Assembly (NCBI GenBank): GCA_037137455.1
Contig: JBAXKG010000002.1
Location: forward strand, 42,433 to 106,432
Length of the DNA stretch: 64,000 nucleotides
Origin: Bacteroidota bacterium
GTDB taxonomy: Bacteria; Bacteroidota; Bacteroidia; Bacteroidales; FEN-979
Reading direction: 5' to 3'
Below, one piece after another: positions 38,444 through 48,355 of the stretch. How positions within the stretch are numbered: position 1 is the first letter of the stretch; every line of letters starts with the position of its first letter. The notes under the pieces were generated by a model. It worked only from the letters and a program-made list of their open reading frames with translations, did not search any database and was not told the origin of the DNA. The position numbers and the translations under genes were made by a program.

Positions 38444-39186
38444 TCGAAGCCCTCAATATTAACAAGACCTTTGGTGAGCATCATGTACTTAAAGATGTTA
38501 CCTGCTCATTCGAGAAGGGGAAAACCAACCTCATCATCGGTGAGAGCGGATCTGGAAAGACAGTCCTTATGAAATGCCTCGTGGGACTGTTTGAAGTTGA
38601 CACCGGTATGGTTTCCTATGACAACCGCAATTTCACCAACATGAATTTTGAGCAGAGAAAAACACTGCGGAAGGAAATCGGTATGCTGTTTCAGGGTGCC
38701 GCCCTGTTTGATTCGATGGATGTGGAGGGAAACGTAATGTTTCCTCTTAATATGTTCACTACTCAATCCCTCGATGAAAAAAAAGAAAGAGTTAATTTCG
38801 TGCTGAAGCGGGTCAACCTCGATAATGTAAACAAGCTGATGCCCTCAGAACTCAGCGGGGGCATGCGCAAACGGGTAGCCATTGCCAGGGCAATTGCCAT
38901 GAAGCCATTATATCTTTTCTGTGATGAACCTAATTCCGGTCTCGATCCTCAGACTTCCGGGGTGATAGATCATCTCATACAGGAAATTACCCAGGAATAT
39001 AATATTACCACCATCGTGAACACACATGATATGAATTCGGTTCTTAGTATTGGAGCCAGCGTGGCCTTTATTTACAGAGGCGAACTGTGGTGGAAGGGCG
39101 ACAAAGAGACTATTTTGCATACCAAAAATCCCGAATTGAATGAATTTGTTTTTGGCACTGAACTCACATCCAGATTAAAGCAGTAA
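38440..39186 (+). CDS. mlaF: ABC transporter ATP-binding protein, MlaF-like
   Basis: 248 aa. Walker A GESGSGKT, signature LSGGMRKR, Walker B LFCDEP. ATGA overlap with mlaE. Confidence 0.8.
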   Translation: MIEALNINKTFGEHHVLKDVTCSFEKGKTNLIIGESGSGKTVLMKCLVGLFEVDTGMVSYDNRNFTNMNFEQRKTLRKEIGMLFQGAALFDSMDVEGNVMFPLNMFTTQSLDEKKERVNFVLKRVNLDNVNKLMPSELSGGMRKRVAIARAIAMKPLYLFCDEPNSGLDPQTSGVIDHLIQEITQEYNITTIVNTHDMNSVLSIGASVAFIYRGELWWKGDKETILHTKNPELNEFVFGTELTSRLKQ

Positions 39187-39196
39187 TTCGTATATC

Positions 39197-39697
39197 ATGA
39201 ATTTTATCGATTATATTATCATCATCCTTGCTGCGCTCTTCGTGATCAATGGATACCGCAAAGGAATGATCATCAGCCTGGCAACTTTGGTTGCGCTGTT
39301 CCTTGGAATTTATGCAGCTGTCTATTTTTCAAATTTCCTGGATGCTACACTAATGGAACACTTGCGTCCATCGCGGAAATGGTTACCTATCCTCTCTTTT
39401 TCAATCACCTTTATTCTTGTTGTGATTTCAGTCATGGTTGTAGCTAAACTAATGGAAAAACTGATTGATGTGGTTGGCCTGGGGTTTTTCAACCACCTTG
39501 GCGGAGCGGTTCTCGGACTGGTAAAAGGGGTAATCCTGATTAGCATCCTTTTGTTTATAGTCATCAATGTGGATCCGAAGGGGAAATGGATCACCCATGA
39601 GGATAAAAAAGGATCCTTTTTTTTTAATCGTGTTTCGGAAGTCTTTCCAAAACTAATGAAGACGTTCGGGGGAGAGATAAAGTTCCCGAACTGGTAA
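39197..39697 (+). CDS. cvpA: CvpA family membrane protein
   Basis: 166 aa, 4 TM segments, N-terminus MNFIDYIIIILAALFVINGYRKG as in CvpA family proteins. Confidence 0.7.
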   Translation: MNFIDYIIIILAALFVINGYRKGMIISLATLVALFLGIYAAVYFSNFLDATLMEHLRPSRKWLPILSFSITFILVVISVMVVAKLMEKLIDVVGLGFFNHLGGAVLGLVKGVILISILLFIVINVDPKGKWITHEDKKGSFFFNRVSEVFPKLMKTFGGEIKFPNW

Positions 39698-39698
39698 G

Positions 39699-40793
39699 TT
39701 GATAAAAATCCATAAAATAAATCCGGTGCGTTTTAAAGGAGAACTTATTGTAAGAGAAGAGGCGTGTAAAATATGTCATGAAAAAACTGGCAGGCAAATC
39801 GGGGTTGTTGATTACTGGGATATTAAAACATGCATTATTGTAGTATGTGAAAAATGTAATCACATACAGCTGGATCCAATGTTAACCGAAGAAGAAACCG
39901 CCAAAGGATGTTCTGCGTATTATCACGAGGAGTCAAAAAGAACAAGTAAAAATGAACAAATCAAAAACTGTGAAAGAAACTTTCGAAGAGGGGTCGTTTT
40001 TGGGTATAAGTTAAAAATCCGTAAGCTATCCCCCCGATATGTTTTGGAATTGGGCCCGGGTTCAGGTTATTTCGCGGCAGGGCTTCAGTTTGTTTTTCCC
40101 GGTGTTGAAATCACGGTAATGGATATAAACCGTGAAGTTCTCAACTTCAACCAGGAACATCATAATTTTAAAATAATTCGGGAAATCCCTGATAATTTTG
40201 CAGAAAAGTATAAAAACAAATTTGATATTATCATCGCTCGTGATATCATAGAGCATGTTACCGATATCTCAAAGGTATTGGAAAATGTGAATGAATATTT
40301 GCGACCAAACGGATTATTCCATTTTATTACCCCAAACGGAGGTGAAGATATCTGGAAACATTATTTAACCTCAAGATTGGATGGCGGCCCCTCTGAGCTG
40401 CTGATAAATCATGTGAATTATTTTAATGGAAAAGGATTGAAGAATTTATTGATTCAAAAAGGATTCAGAACGGTTGATTATTATACCTATGGGGTAAAGA
40501 CTACGTTTCGGGGTTACGGATGGAAAGAAAATCGGAAATTGATGAGTCCGGTATCAAAAAAAACGAAAGCAGATCATAATATTGAGGAGGGGCAGAATGA
40601 ATTCAAGCAGATAGATTTCAGAAAGACAGAAATTCTTAATAAATGGTACATTCAATCGAATGCAAAATGGCTAACATATTTTTATAGTTTATATCACCAT
40701 TATTCAATTCTTAGAATTTCTCCTGAGCGCAATATCGGACACGAGATTTATGGTTTATTTAAAAAACAATTTAATCCTGACCAAACCGGATGA
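39699..40793 (+). CDS. Class I SAM-dependent methyltransferase with N-terminal Cys4 zinc-ribbon
   Basis: CKICH...CEKCNH ribbon and the VLELGPGSGYF SAM motif. TTG start at 39699 (an alternative GTG lies at 39726). The gene is AT-rich. Confidence 0.7.
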   Translation: MIKIHKINPVRFKGELIVREEACKICHEKTGRQIGVVDYWDIKTCIIVVCEKCNHIQLDPMLTEEETAKGCSAYYHEESKRTSKNEQIKNCERNFRRGVVFGYKLKIRKLSPRYVLELGPGSGYFAAGLQFVFPGVEITVMDINREVLNFNQEHHNFKIIREIPDNFAEKYKNKFDIIIARDIIEHVTDISKVLENVNEYLRPNGLFHFITPNGGEDIWKHYLTSRLDGGPSELLINHVNYFNGKGLKNLLIQKGFRTVDYYTYGVKTTFRGYGWKENRKLMSPVSKKTKADHNIEEGQNEFKQIDFRKTEILNKWYIQSNAKWLTYFYSLYHHYSILRISPERNIGHEIYGLFKKQFNPDQTG

Positions 40794-40843
40794 AAACTTT
40801 GTGGCAGGATTAAAATTTCAAGGTGGAGGTTAATTAGCGAAAA

Positions 40844-41911
40844 ATGCAATCAACAACAATGCCAAGGCTTCTGATCGATCTTTATAAAACAAGGAATTTG
40901 AATTCAGGAATCGGACAATTTTCAATCAATTTTGCGGAAGCCATTTCAAAAAAGACCGACCCCGGATATATCATTGATTTTTTATGCCCGCGAAATTTTC
41001 CAAAAGGAAATTGGGAGCAGATCAATTTACAGAAGGTCAATTTCCAGAAGAGGTACTTCCCATGGTTTAACAATGCCTATGACATCTGGCATTCGCTGTA
41101 CCAGTTTCCATCGCATATCCCGAGCCGGCGTTCAAAGTGGATCCTCACAATACACGATCTGAATTTTATAATAGAGAAAGACAAATGGAAATCTGATCGG
41201 TATCTTAAGAAATTGCAGTATAACGTTGATCGCGCTGCCGCGATATCTGTGATCTCCGATTTTACACGGACCCGGGTTCTTGAACATCTGGATTTGAAGG
41301 GGAAACCACTATTCCGGATTTATAACGGGATCAGTGTGAAGGCATTTCCCGGAGCGGAGCGACCCCGTTTTCTATCCAACGACAGGTTCTTCTTCACGAT
41401 TGGCATTGTCACGGCAAAAAAAAATTTTCATGTCCTGATTCCATTGTTGCAAAAATTTCCCGGATATGACCTTGTAATTGCAGGGGAGAATGATTCGGCT
41501 TATGCTAAAGGAATCCTTGACCAGATAAACGTTCTGAAACTGACGGGAAGAGTGCATTTGCCCGGAAAAATTTCGGAACAGGACAGATATTGGTTGTATT
41601 CCCATTGCCGTGCTTTTTTATTTCCATCGCTGGCCGAGGGATTCGGAATGCCGGTTGTTGAGGCCATGCTCCTTGGAAAACCGGTATTCACAAGTACCTT
41701 CGCCTCTTTACCGGAAATTGGTGACAAATATGCATTTTACTGGCAGAATTTTGACCCTGATCACATGGCAGAAGTGATGAATAAAGGGCTGGAAACCTGC
41801 GATCGTCAAAAAGAAGGATTTTCAGAGGCCATGACTGGGTACGCACAGAAATTTAACTGGCGTAAATGCATTGATAGTTACCTTTCGATGTATAAGGAAG
41901 TATTTGGATAG
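40844..41911 (+). CDS. Glycosyltransferase family 4 (GT-B, GT1-domain)
   Basis: 355 aa with the C-terminal FPSLAEGFGMPVVEAM EX7E-type motif. Confidence 0.8.
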   Translation: MQSTTMPRLLIDLYKTRNLNSGIGQFSINFAEAISKKTDPGYIIDFLCPRNFPKGNWEQINLQKVNFQKRYFPWFNNAYDIWHSLYQFPSHIPSRRSKWILTIHDLNFIIEKDKWKSDRYLKKLQYNVDRAAAISVISDFTRTRVLEHLDLKGKPLFRIYNGISVKAFPGAERPRFLSNDRFFFTIGIVTAKKNFHVLIPLLQKFPGYDLVIAGENDSAYAKGILDQINVLKLTGRVHLPGKISEQDRYWLYSHCRAFLFPSLAEGFGMPVVEAMLLGKPVFTSTFASLPEIGDKYAFYWQNFDPDHMAEVMNKGLETCDRQKEGFSEAMTGYAQKFNWRKCIDSYLSMYKEVFG

Positions 41912-41947
41912 AAAATATATCAAGTATTCCTGGTGAAGGTTGCCTCA

Positions 41948-43150
41948 TTACCCCGTGATGGCTTTTATGCCCGGGAGCTCTTTACCTTCGATATATTCAA
42001 GCATGGCGCCGCCGCCCGTAGAAACATAGCTTACCTTGTCGGCGAGGTTATATTTGTTGATTGCAGCAACAGAATCACCACCACCCACTAGCGTAAAAGC
42101 GCCATTCTCCGTAGCTTTAACGAGTTCCATAGCAACAAACTTGGTCCCCTCTTCATAATTGTTCATCTCAAACACACCCATGGGGCCATTCCAAAGTATG
42201 GTCCCCGATTGCTCTATCACATATTTGAATTTTGCGCATGCCGAAGGACCAATGTCAAGACCCATCCATGGAACCTGGATATCATAGGCGCTGCTGGTTT
42301 TTTTATTCGCATCGTTTGAAAAGGCATCGGCCAGAATGGCATCCGGAGGAATATATAAATTAACTCCCATGGACTTGGCTTTTTCAACGATGTTTTTGGC
42401 AAGTTCCAAGTATTCGTCTTCAACCATTGAGGCGCCGATTTCCCCACCCAGCGCTTTGATGAAGGTGAACATCATACCTCCGCCGATAATCAGGTTGTCG
42501 ACCTTGTCCATCAGGTGATTGATGATCTCTATTTTAGTCGAAACCTTGGCCCCGCCCAAAATCGCGGTAAATGGACGTTTGCCGTCTTTGAGACATTTGT
42601 CAATAGCAACGATCTCATTAGCCATAACATAACCGAACATTTTGGTATTAGGGAAAAAATCAGCAATGATAGCAGTAGATGCATGGGCACGGTGTGCAGT
42701 TCCGAATGCATCGTTTACATAAACATCGCCGAGAACAGCCAGTTTCCGGGCAAACTCTTCATCGCCCTTTTCCTCTTGTTTGTAAAAACGGAGGTTTTCC
42801 AGAAGCAATACATCTCCCGGTTTCAGTGATGCTGAAAGTTCCCTGGCTGATTCCCCGATGCAGTCATCGGCAAACTTTACCGGTAGGCCAAGCTTTTGTG
42901 AAAGATAAGGCAGAATGTGCTTCAATGAAAACTTCTCCTCCGGACCTCCTTTGGGGCGACCCAGGTGCGACATCAGGATCACCGATCCCCCATCGTTCAG
43001 AATTTTGTTGATGGTTGGAATAGTTGCATCAATGCGGGTTGCATCGGTAATTTGATATTGGCTATCAATGGGCACATTGAAATCAACCCGGATTAGCGCT
43101 TTTTTATTTTTAAAATTATAATTGTCAATAGTTTGCATGGTTTTGTTCAT
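41948..43150 (-). CDS. pgk: Phosphoglycerate kinase
   Basis: 400 aa. [15 protein letters not shown], and GGGDS near the C-terminus. Confidence 0.95.
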   Translation of the reverse strand: MNKTMQTIDNYNFKNKKALIRVDFNVPIDSQYQITDATRIDATIPTINKILNDGGSVILMSHLGRPKGGPEEKFSLKHILPYLSQKLGLPVKFADDCIGESARELSASLKPGDVLLLENLRFYKQEEKGDEEFARKLAVLGDVYVNDAFGTAHRAHASTAIIADFFPNTKMFGYVMANEIVAIDKCLKDGKRPFTAILGGAKVSTKIEIINHLMDKVDNLIIGGGMMFTFIKALGGEIGASMVEDEYLELAKNIVEKAKSMGVNLYIPPDAILADAFSNDANKKTSSAYDIQVPWMGLDIGPSACAKFKYVIEQSGTILWNGPMGVFEMNNYEEGTKFVAMELVKATENGAFTLVGGGDSVAAINKYNLADKVSYVSTGGGAMLEYIEGKELPGIKAITG

Positions 43151-43234
43151 TTAAAGTATGAACGCAAAAATAAAATATTTACACATGACAACGCATATAT
43201 TTTTAATTTTACCTTGATTTTTAATGATTAAAGA

Positions 43235-44035
43235 ATGCAGGATCTAAGTATTACCCTTATTCAAACGAATCTATTCTGGGAGGATAGGCGAAAAAACCTT
43301 GAACATTTTGACTGGTTGCTTGGACATATCGAAGAGTACACTGACTTGGTTCTTCTTCCTGAAACCTTTAATACCGGCTTTTCGATCAATCCTTCAGCTT
43401 GTGCTGAATCTATGGACGGCCCATCCATGCAATTCCTACGAAAAAAGGCAAAAGAAAGAAATGTCGTTATTATGTCAACTTTATTGATATGTGAAGGAGA
43501 CGGTTGTTTTAACAGGATGGTGTGCATGTATCCCAACGGACATTTTGAAACCTATGATAAGCGGCACTTGTTTCGTTTAAGTGAGGAGTACAAGATTTTC
43601 AAGGGCGGAAATAAAAAGGTAATCATCGAAGTGAAGGGATGGAAAATTTCACCGATCATTTGTTATGACCTCCGGTTTCCGGTATGGAGCAAGAATACCT
43701 GGTCAGGAGGTGAATATGCCTATGATATTTTGGTGTGCCTGGCTAATTGGCCGGCATGCCGCGCCCATGTTTGGAAAAGCTTGCTGGTGGCGAGAGCCAT
43801 TGAAAATCAGGTCTTCGTGGCAGGAGTAAATCGTATCGGTGATGATGGACACAGCATTGGACATTCAGGTGACACTATGGCTATTGATGCCAAAGGGAAT
43901 ATAATAGCGGCCGCCGCCGAAGATAAAGAACAGTTGCTGACAGTTAAATTATCAGCGCAAGATTTGAGACTTTTCCGTGAATCGTTTACCCTCGGAATGG
44001 ATTGGGACCACTTTTCAATCAATTATAACAAATAG
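43235..44035 (+). CDS. Carbon-nitrogen hydrolase (nitrilase superfamily) amidohydrolase, omega-amidase-like
   Basis: 266 aa. Glu-Lys-Cys triad contexts LVLLPETF, YDKRHLF and ICYDLRFP. Confidence 0.8.
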   Translation: MQDLSITLIQTNLFWEDRRKNLEHFDWLLGHIEEYTDLVLLPETFNTGFSINPSACAESMDGPSMQFLRKKAKERNVVIMSTLLICEGDGCFNRMVCMYPNGHFETYDKRHLFRLSEEYKIFKGGNKKVIIEVKGWKISPIICYDLRFPVWSKNTWSGGEYAYDILVCLANWPACRAHVWKSLLVARAIENQVFVAGVNRIGDDGHSIGHSGDTMAIDAKGNIIAAAAEDKEQLLTVKLSAQDLRLFRESFTLGMDWDHFSINYNK

Positions 44036-44038
44036 CAA

Positions 44039-44875
44039 ATGCCCAAACTTTCGGTTGTCATTATTGCGAGAAATGAAGAGCATAATATTCTTCGTTGCCT
44101 GGAATCAGTGAAACCGATTGCCGATGAAATAGTGGTGGTCGATTCAATGTCGACCGACCAAACAGCAAGTATTTGCAAAGAGTTTGGCTGTAAAGTTTAT
44201 CAACGCGAATTCGATGGTTACGGAATGCAAAAACAATTTGCCGTTGACAAGGCATCAAATGACTGGGTTTTCTCAATTGACGCGGATGAGGTTGTTTCAG
44301 ATGAATTAAAAACCGAACTGATAGAGATGTTCGAAACTCCTTGTAATAAGGCGCCTGGTTTACAGGGTGACAACCTCACTCAGTCATTTAATAACTCAGT
44401 CACTCCATCATCCAATCACTCAATGTCAATTTTTGCCGGATACAATATTCCCTTCAGCCTGCACTTTATGGGGCGGCTTCTCAGGCATGGCGGGGTGGGG
44501 AATGAGTTTCACTTACGTCTTTTTAACCGGACTAAAGGGGGCTTTACACAAGTACCCGTGCATGAGGGGATTGAGGTGAATGGTTCTTCCGGCACACTTC
44601 AGGGCCGCATAATCCACTTTTCTTATCGGAATATAAGCCATCACCTGGAAAAAATAAACACCTATACTTCTCAGGCATCAGAAGGGTATCAAAAGAGAGG
44701 ACAATCCTTTCCCAAAATCTGGGTCGCTCTGAAATTTCCCATCACTTTTATTTCGGTTTACATTATCAAACTTGGCTTTCTCGATGGTTATCCGGGGTTT
44801 ATGTGGTCATTCCTTGCTGCGGTTTACTCTACCCTGAAAGTTGCAAAAACCATTGAACTAACCCGGAAATCATGA
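44039..44875 (+). CDS. Glycosyltransferase family 2
   Basis: LSVVIIARNEE start and the SIDADE DxD motif. Carries a low-complexity insert of about 25 aa (see findings). Confidence 0.8.
   Translation: MPKLSVVIIARNEEHNILRCLESVKPIADEIVVVDSMSTDQTASICKEFGCKVYQREFDGYGMQKQFAVDKASNDWVFSIDADEVVSDELKTELIEMFETPCNKAPGLQGDNLTQSFNNSVTPSSNHSMSIFAGYNIPFSLHFMGRLLRHGGVGNEFHLRLFNRTKGGFTQVPVHEGIEVNGSSGTLQGRIIHFSYRNISHHLEKINTYTSQASEGYQKRGQSFPKIWVALKFPITFISVYIIKLGFLDGYPGFMWSFLAAVYSTLKVAKTIELTRKS
44371..44430 (+). repeat. G-depleted tract (3 G in 60 nt) with direct 9-mer ACTCAGTCA x2, in-frame in the GT2 CDS
   Basis: Read directly. Its composition and words (CACTCA, GTCA, CCATCA) resemble the intergenic tract at 49611-49696. 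Confidence 0.6.
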
Positions 44876-45687
44876 TGAGGATTGAATTTTTTGTTGTTAT
44901 TGCATTTCTGCTTGTTGTATGTTTTATGACCATACAGTACAGTTTTCTGGTCCCACCTAAAAAAGGACTGCCGGTGCTGATGTATCATAAAATCATTGAA
45001 AAAGGAGCCGATGGCCTTACTGTAACTGCCGATCAGCTCGATCTTCAGCTGATGTACCTTAAAGAAAAGGGCTATCAAACGCTCAGTTTCAAAACCCTGA
45101 AAAACCTGTTAAAGGAGGGGGCCCCGCTTCCAAAAAAAGCTATAATCCTGACGTTTGATGATGCGTTTATAAATTTTCGTGAAAAAGCGCTTCCTTTGCT
45201 GAAAAAGTATCATTTCACCGCCACGGTATTTGTCCCGGTGGCATTCATCGGAAAAACTAACATCTGGGATAAGGGAAATGATGGCATCATGACAGCTGAT
45301 GACTTAAAACACCTTACTCTGAATGAAGATATTGAAATCGGATTACACTCATTCTTACACAGGAGTTATGTAGGCCTTGACATTTCCGACATGGAGGAAG
45401 ATCTGAACAATTGCAAGCAAACTCTTGAATTTTATGGGATATCCTTCACGAGGGTCCTTGCTTATCCTTATGGGGGTTACCCTAAGAAGAATCCCGAATT
45501 GAAAGGCCAGATGATTTCTCTTTTTCAGAAGTTCGGGCTCGATTTTGCCGTACGCATCGGAAATAGGATTAACACTTGGCCTGTTCGTCATCCATTTGAG
45601 ATCAAACGCATCGACATCAAAGGAACCGACAATTTTTTCGTCTTCAAAACTAAGTTAAAAAAAGGCCGTGCCAAACTATTTGCATAA
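44872..45687 (+). CDS. Polysaccharide deacetylase (NodB-homology) family protein
   Basis: 271 aa. N-terminal TM segment and the LTFDDAF NodB motif 1. ATGA overlap with the GT2 gene. Confidence 0.75.
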   Translation: MMRIEFFVVIAFLLVVCFMTIQYSFLVPPKKGLPVLMYHKIIEKGADGLTVTADQLDLQLMYLKEKGYQTLSFKTLKNLLKEGAPLPKKAIILTFDDAFINFREKALPLLKKYHFTATVFVPVAFIGKTNIWDKGNDGIMTADDLKHLTLNEDIEIGLHSFLHRSYVGLDISDMEEDLNNCKQTLEFYGISFTRVLAYPYGGYPKKNPELKGQMISLFQKFGLDFAVRIGNRINTWPVRHPFEIKRIDIKGTDNFFVFKTKLKKGRAKLFA

Positions 45688-47380
45688 AACAAATATGCCC
45701 ATCACCTGGAAACAAGTTATACGCTACTGGTATATTTTCTCCCTTGGCGTTACAATAGCGTCACTTCCATTTTCCAAATTTGGAATAAGTTTCGGGCAAT
45801 TTATGATTGCAGGTGGTTGGATCGTAGAACGGTTCAATACAAAAAAGTTATTATTTCATTTGGCCGGACATTCTTCCTGGCAGGTCATCTTAAGAATATT
45901 CCCGTTTTCGCTCTATCTGCTATTTGAAGGTATTCTAAACGGATTTAAACAATTTTCAAGGAACAAACCTGCCTTGCTTTTCAGCTCAATAATTTTGATA
46001 CACCTGCTCGGACTTTTTTTCACTACCGACCTTAATTATGCAACAAAGGATTTGCGGACCAAACTTCCCTTCTTGTTATTACCAATGTTTCTTTCTACAT
46101 CTGAAGCTTTTGATAAGAAAGAATTTTACAGGTTCATGTTGTTTTTTGTACTGGCGGTTCTTGTTCGATCGGTTTTCAATACATGGATGATCCAGACACA
46201 CAATTTTATCGACATCCGTGATGTGTCGCGCAATGTTTCACACATTATCTTCAGCCTGTTACTAACCTTAAGTATTTTTGCCCTTTTATACTTTTCTCTG
46301 AAAAAAAATATTTTTCCTCCCCGGATAAGGCTTTTATGTTTTCTTGTGATGCTATGGTTTTTTGCCTACCTTATCCTTTCGCAGTCATTCACCGGTTTTT
46401 CGATAACCCTGATAACCATTCTGATTTTAATTCCGTTGCTCATAATCAGAGTAGGAAGTTGGTGGTTAAAGGCAGGATTGTTATTGGGTATTCTAGTGGT
46501 AATAGCCGGTATCTTTTTCACAATAAAATCGATCATAAATGATTATTACCGTGTAATTCCAGTGGATATTACAAAACTTGAAAGGATCTCTTCACGCGGG
46601 AACCCATACATTCATAATATCAACGAGCGCCAGACCGAAAACGGAAATTACCTGTGGATTTACATCCAGTGGGATGAAATGCGCAGTTCATGGAATAAGC
46701 GCAGCAACATCCCTTTCGACAGCCTGAATTTGAAAAATGACCCGGTGGCAATCACCCTTATCAGGTATCTTACATCTAAAGGTTGGCGGAAAGATGCTGA
46801 TGCCGTTGAAAAACTGAGTAATCAGGAGGTCATTGCCATTGAGAAGGGAATTGCAAACTGGGTATTTCTGAAGAAATTTAGCTTTCGGGGCCGGATTTAT
46901 GAATTCCTGTGGGGGTTTGAAAATTACAGGGAAACCGGGAACCCTACCGGATCATCGCTGATGCAACGACTGGAATTCTGGAAAGCCTCCATTGGAATCA
47001 TTAAGGATAATTGGATTACAGGGGTGGGTACGGGCGACATGAATCTTGTTTTCAAGGCTCAATATGAAAAGATGCATTCAAAATTGTCACCCGATCAGCG
47101 ATGGCGTTCGCATAATCAGTTTCTATCAATATTTATCGGATTTGGGATTCTTGGATTGTTATGGTTTGTTGTGGCGATTTTTTATCCGCCATTTATGTTG
47201 CGATGGCAGGATGATTTTTTCACAGTTGTTTTTTTGATCATAGCCATTTTTTCGATGCTCACTGAAGATACTATCGAATCACAAACCGGCGTAACCTTTT
47301 TTGTCGTCTTCTACTCTTTTTTCCTCTTTGCCCGTAAGAACAAAGATCCATTATTTTCTAAAACAATTTCTCATGGCTGA
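45668..47380 (+). CDS. O-antigen ligase-like (Wzy_C type) polytopic membrane protein
   Basis: 570 aa with more than 10 TM segments and a soluble loop. Family call is from general architecture. An alternative start at 45695 (MPITWKQ) would remove the overlap with the upstream gene. Confidence 0.55.
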   Translation: MPNYLHKTNMPITWKQVIRYWYIFSLGVTIASLPFSKFGISFGQFMIAGGWIVERFNTKKLLFHLAGHSSWQVILRIFPFSLYLLFEGILNGFKQFSRNKPALLFSSIILIHLLGLFFTTDLNYATKDLRTKLPFLLLPMFLSTSEAFDKKEFYRFMLFFVLAVLVRSVFNTWMIQTHNFIDIRDVSRNVSHIIFSLLLTLSIFALLYFSLKKNIFPPRIRLLCFLVMLWFFAYLILSQSFTGFSITLITILILIPLLIIRVGSWWLKAGLLLGILVVIAGIFFTIKSIINDYYRVIPVDITKLERISSRGNPYIHNINERQTENGNYLWIYIQWDEMRSSWNKRSNIPFDSLNLKNDPVAITLIRYLTSKGWRKDADAVEKLSNQEVIAIEKGIANWVFLKKFSFRGRIYEFLWGFENYRETGNPTGSSLMQRLEFWKASIGIIKDNWITGVGTGDMNLVFKAQYEKMHSKLSPDQRWRSHNQFLSIFIGFGILGLLWFVVAIFYPPFMLRWQDDFFTVVFLIIAIFSMLTEDTIESQTGVTFFVVFYSFFLFARKNKDPLFSKTISHG

Positions 47381-48323
47381 TATGCAAAAACCCACCACGG
47401 ATAAATGGTTGATGATCGTAAACCCCAATGCAGGGGTTAAAAAGGGAACCAAAGACTGGCCCGGAATTCAAAATTTGCTCAGGAAGGAGCAGGTTGATTT
47501 TGAATCCCAGACCACCACCTCACGGGGACATGCGATTGAGATTACGAAAGAATTTATCTCTTACGGATACAGAAATATTTGTGTTGTTGGAGGCGATGGC
47601 ACGCTGAACGAGGTGCTGAATGGGATCATGAATCAACAGACTGTCCCAACTGCTGATATTACCCTGGGAATGATCCCTGTCGGAACCGGAAACGACTGGT
47701 GCAGGATGTTCAATGTGCCGTTTGATTATCTGAAGGCAATTCATGTCCTTAAACGGAAGAAAACATTTCTACAGGATTCCGGGAAGGTGACCTATTATCA
47801 TAAGGAGGATAAGGTCGTGCGATATTTTATGAATGTTGCAGGGATGGGTTATGATGCATTGGTCAATAAGAAAACAAACCTCTTGAAGGAAAAAGGGAAA
47901 GGCGGGCCGCTTATCTACCTTTATTTTGTCTTTGCAAGTCTTTTTCAGTTTAAATTTATTGACGCGGTGATCGAGGTGGATGGAAAGATGGTGTTTAAGG
48001 GTGAAATATTTTCGATGAATGTCGGAATATGCAAGTACAATGGAGGCGGGATGATGCAGGTTCCTTTTGCCATACCGGATGATGGGTTGTTAGATTTGAC
48101 CCTTATCAAAAAAACCGGGAAATGGATGGTAGTCAGGTATGCACATAAACTGTTTGATGGAACCCTGGTTGACCTTCCGATTGTCGCCACATTCAAGGGC
48201 GAAAACATCAGAATACGTTCTACCGGCAAGTTATTTCTTGAAACTGACGGGGAATCGCTGGGTCATACGCCATTTACCTTTGAGATTCTGCCAAGGTGCA
48301 TCAAAATCGTGACCGGAAAGTAA
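47373..48323 (+). CDS. Diacylglycerol/lipid kinase family protein (YegS/BmrU-like)
   Basis: Start set at MADMQKPTTDKWLMIVNPNAG. Contains the GGDGTLNEV catalytic motif. 8-nt overlap with the upstream gene. Confidence 0.8.
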   Translation: MADMQKPTTDKWLMIVNPNAGVKKGTKDWPGIQNLLRKEQVDFESQTTTSRGHAIEITKEFISYGYRNICVVGGDGTLNEVLNGIMNQQTVPTADITLGMIPVGTGNDWCRMFNVPFDYLKAIHVLKRKKTFLQDSGKVTYYHKEDKVVRYFMNVAGMGYDALVNKKTNLLKEKGKGGPLIYLYFVFASLFQFKFIDAVIEVDGKMVFKGEIFSMNVGICKYNGGGMMQVPFAIPDDGLLDLTLIKKTGKWMVVRYAHKLFDGTLVDLPIVATFKGENIRIRSTGKLFLETDGESLGHTPFTFEILPRCIKIVTGK

Positions 48324-48355
48324 TCTCAGTTATGTAAATTCGCTCCGTCAGGGTA

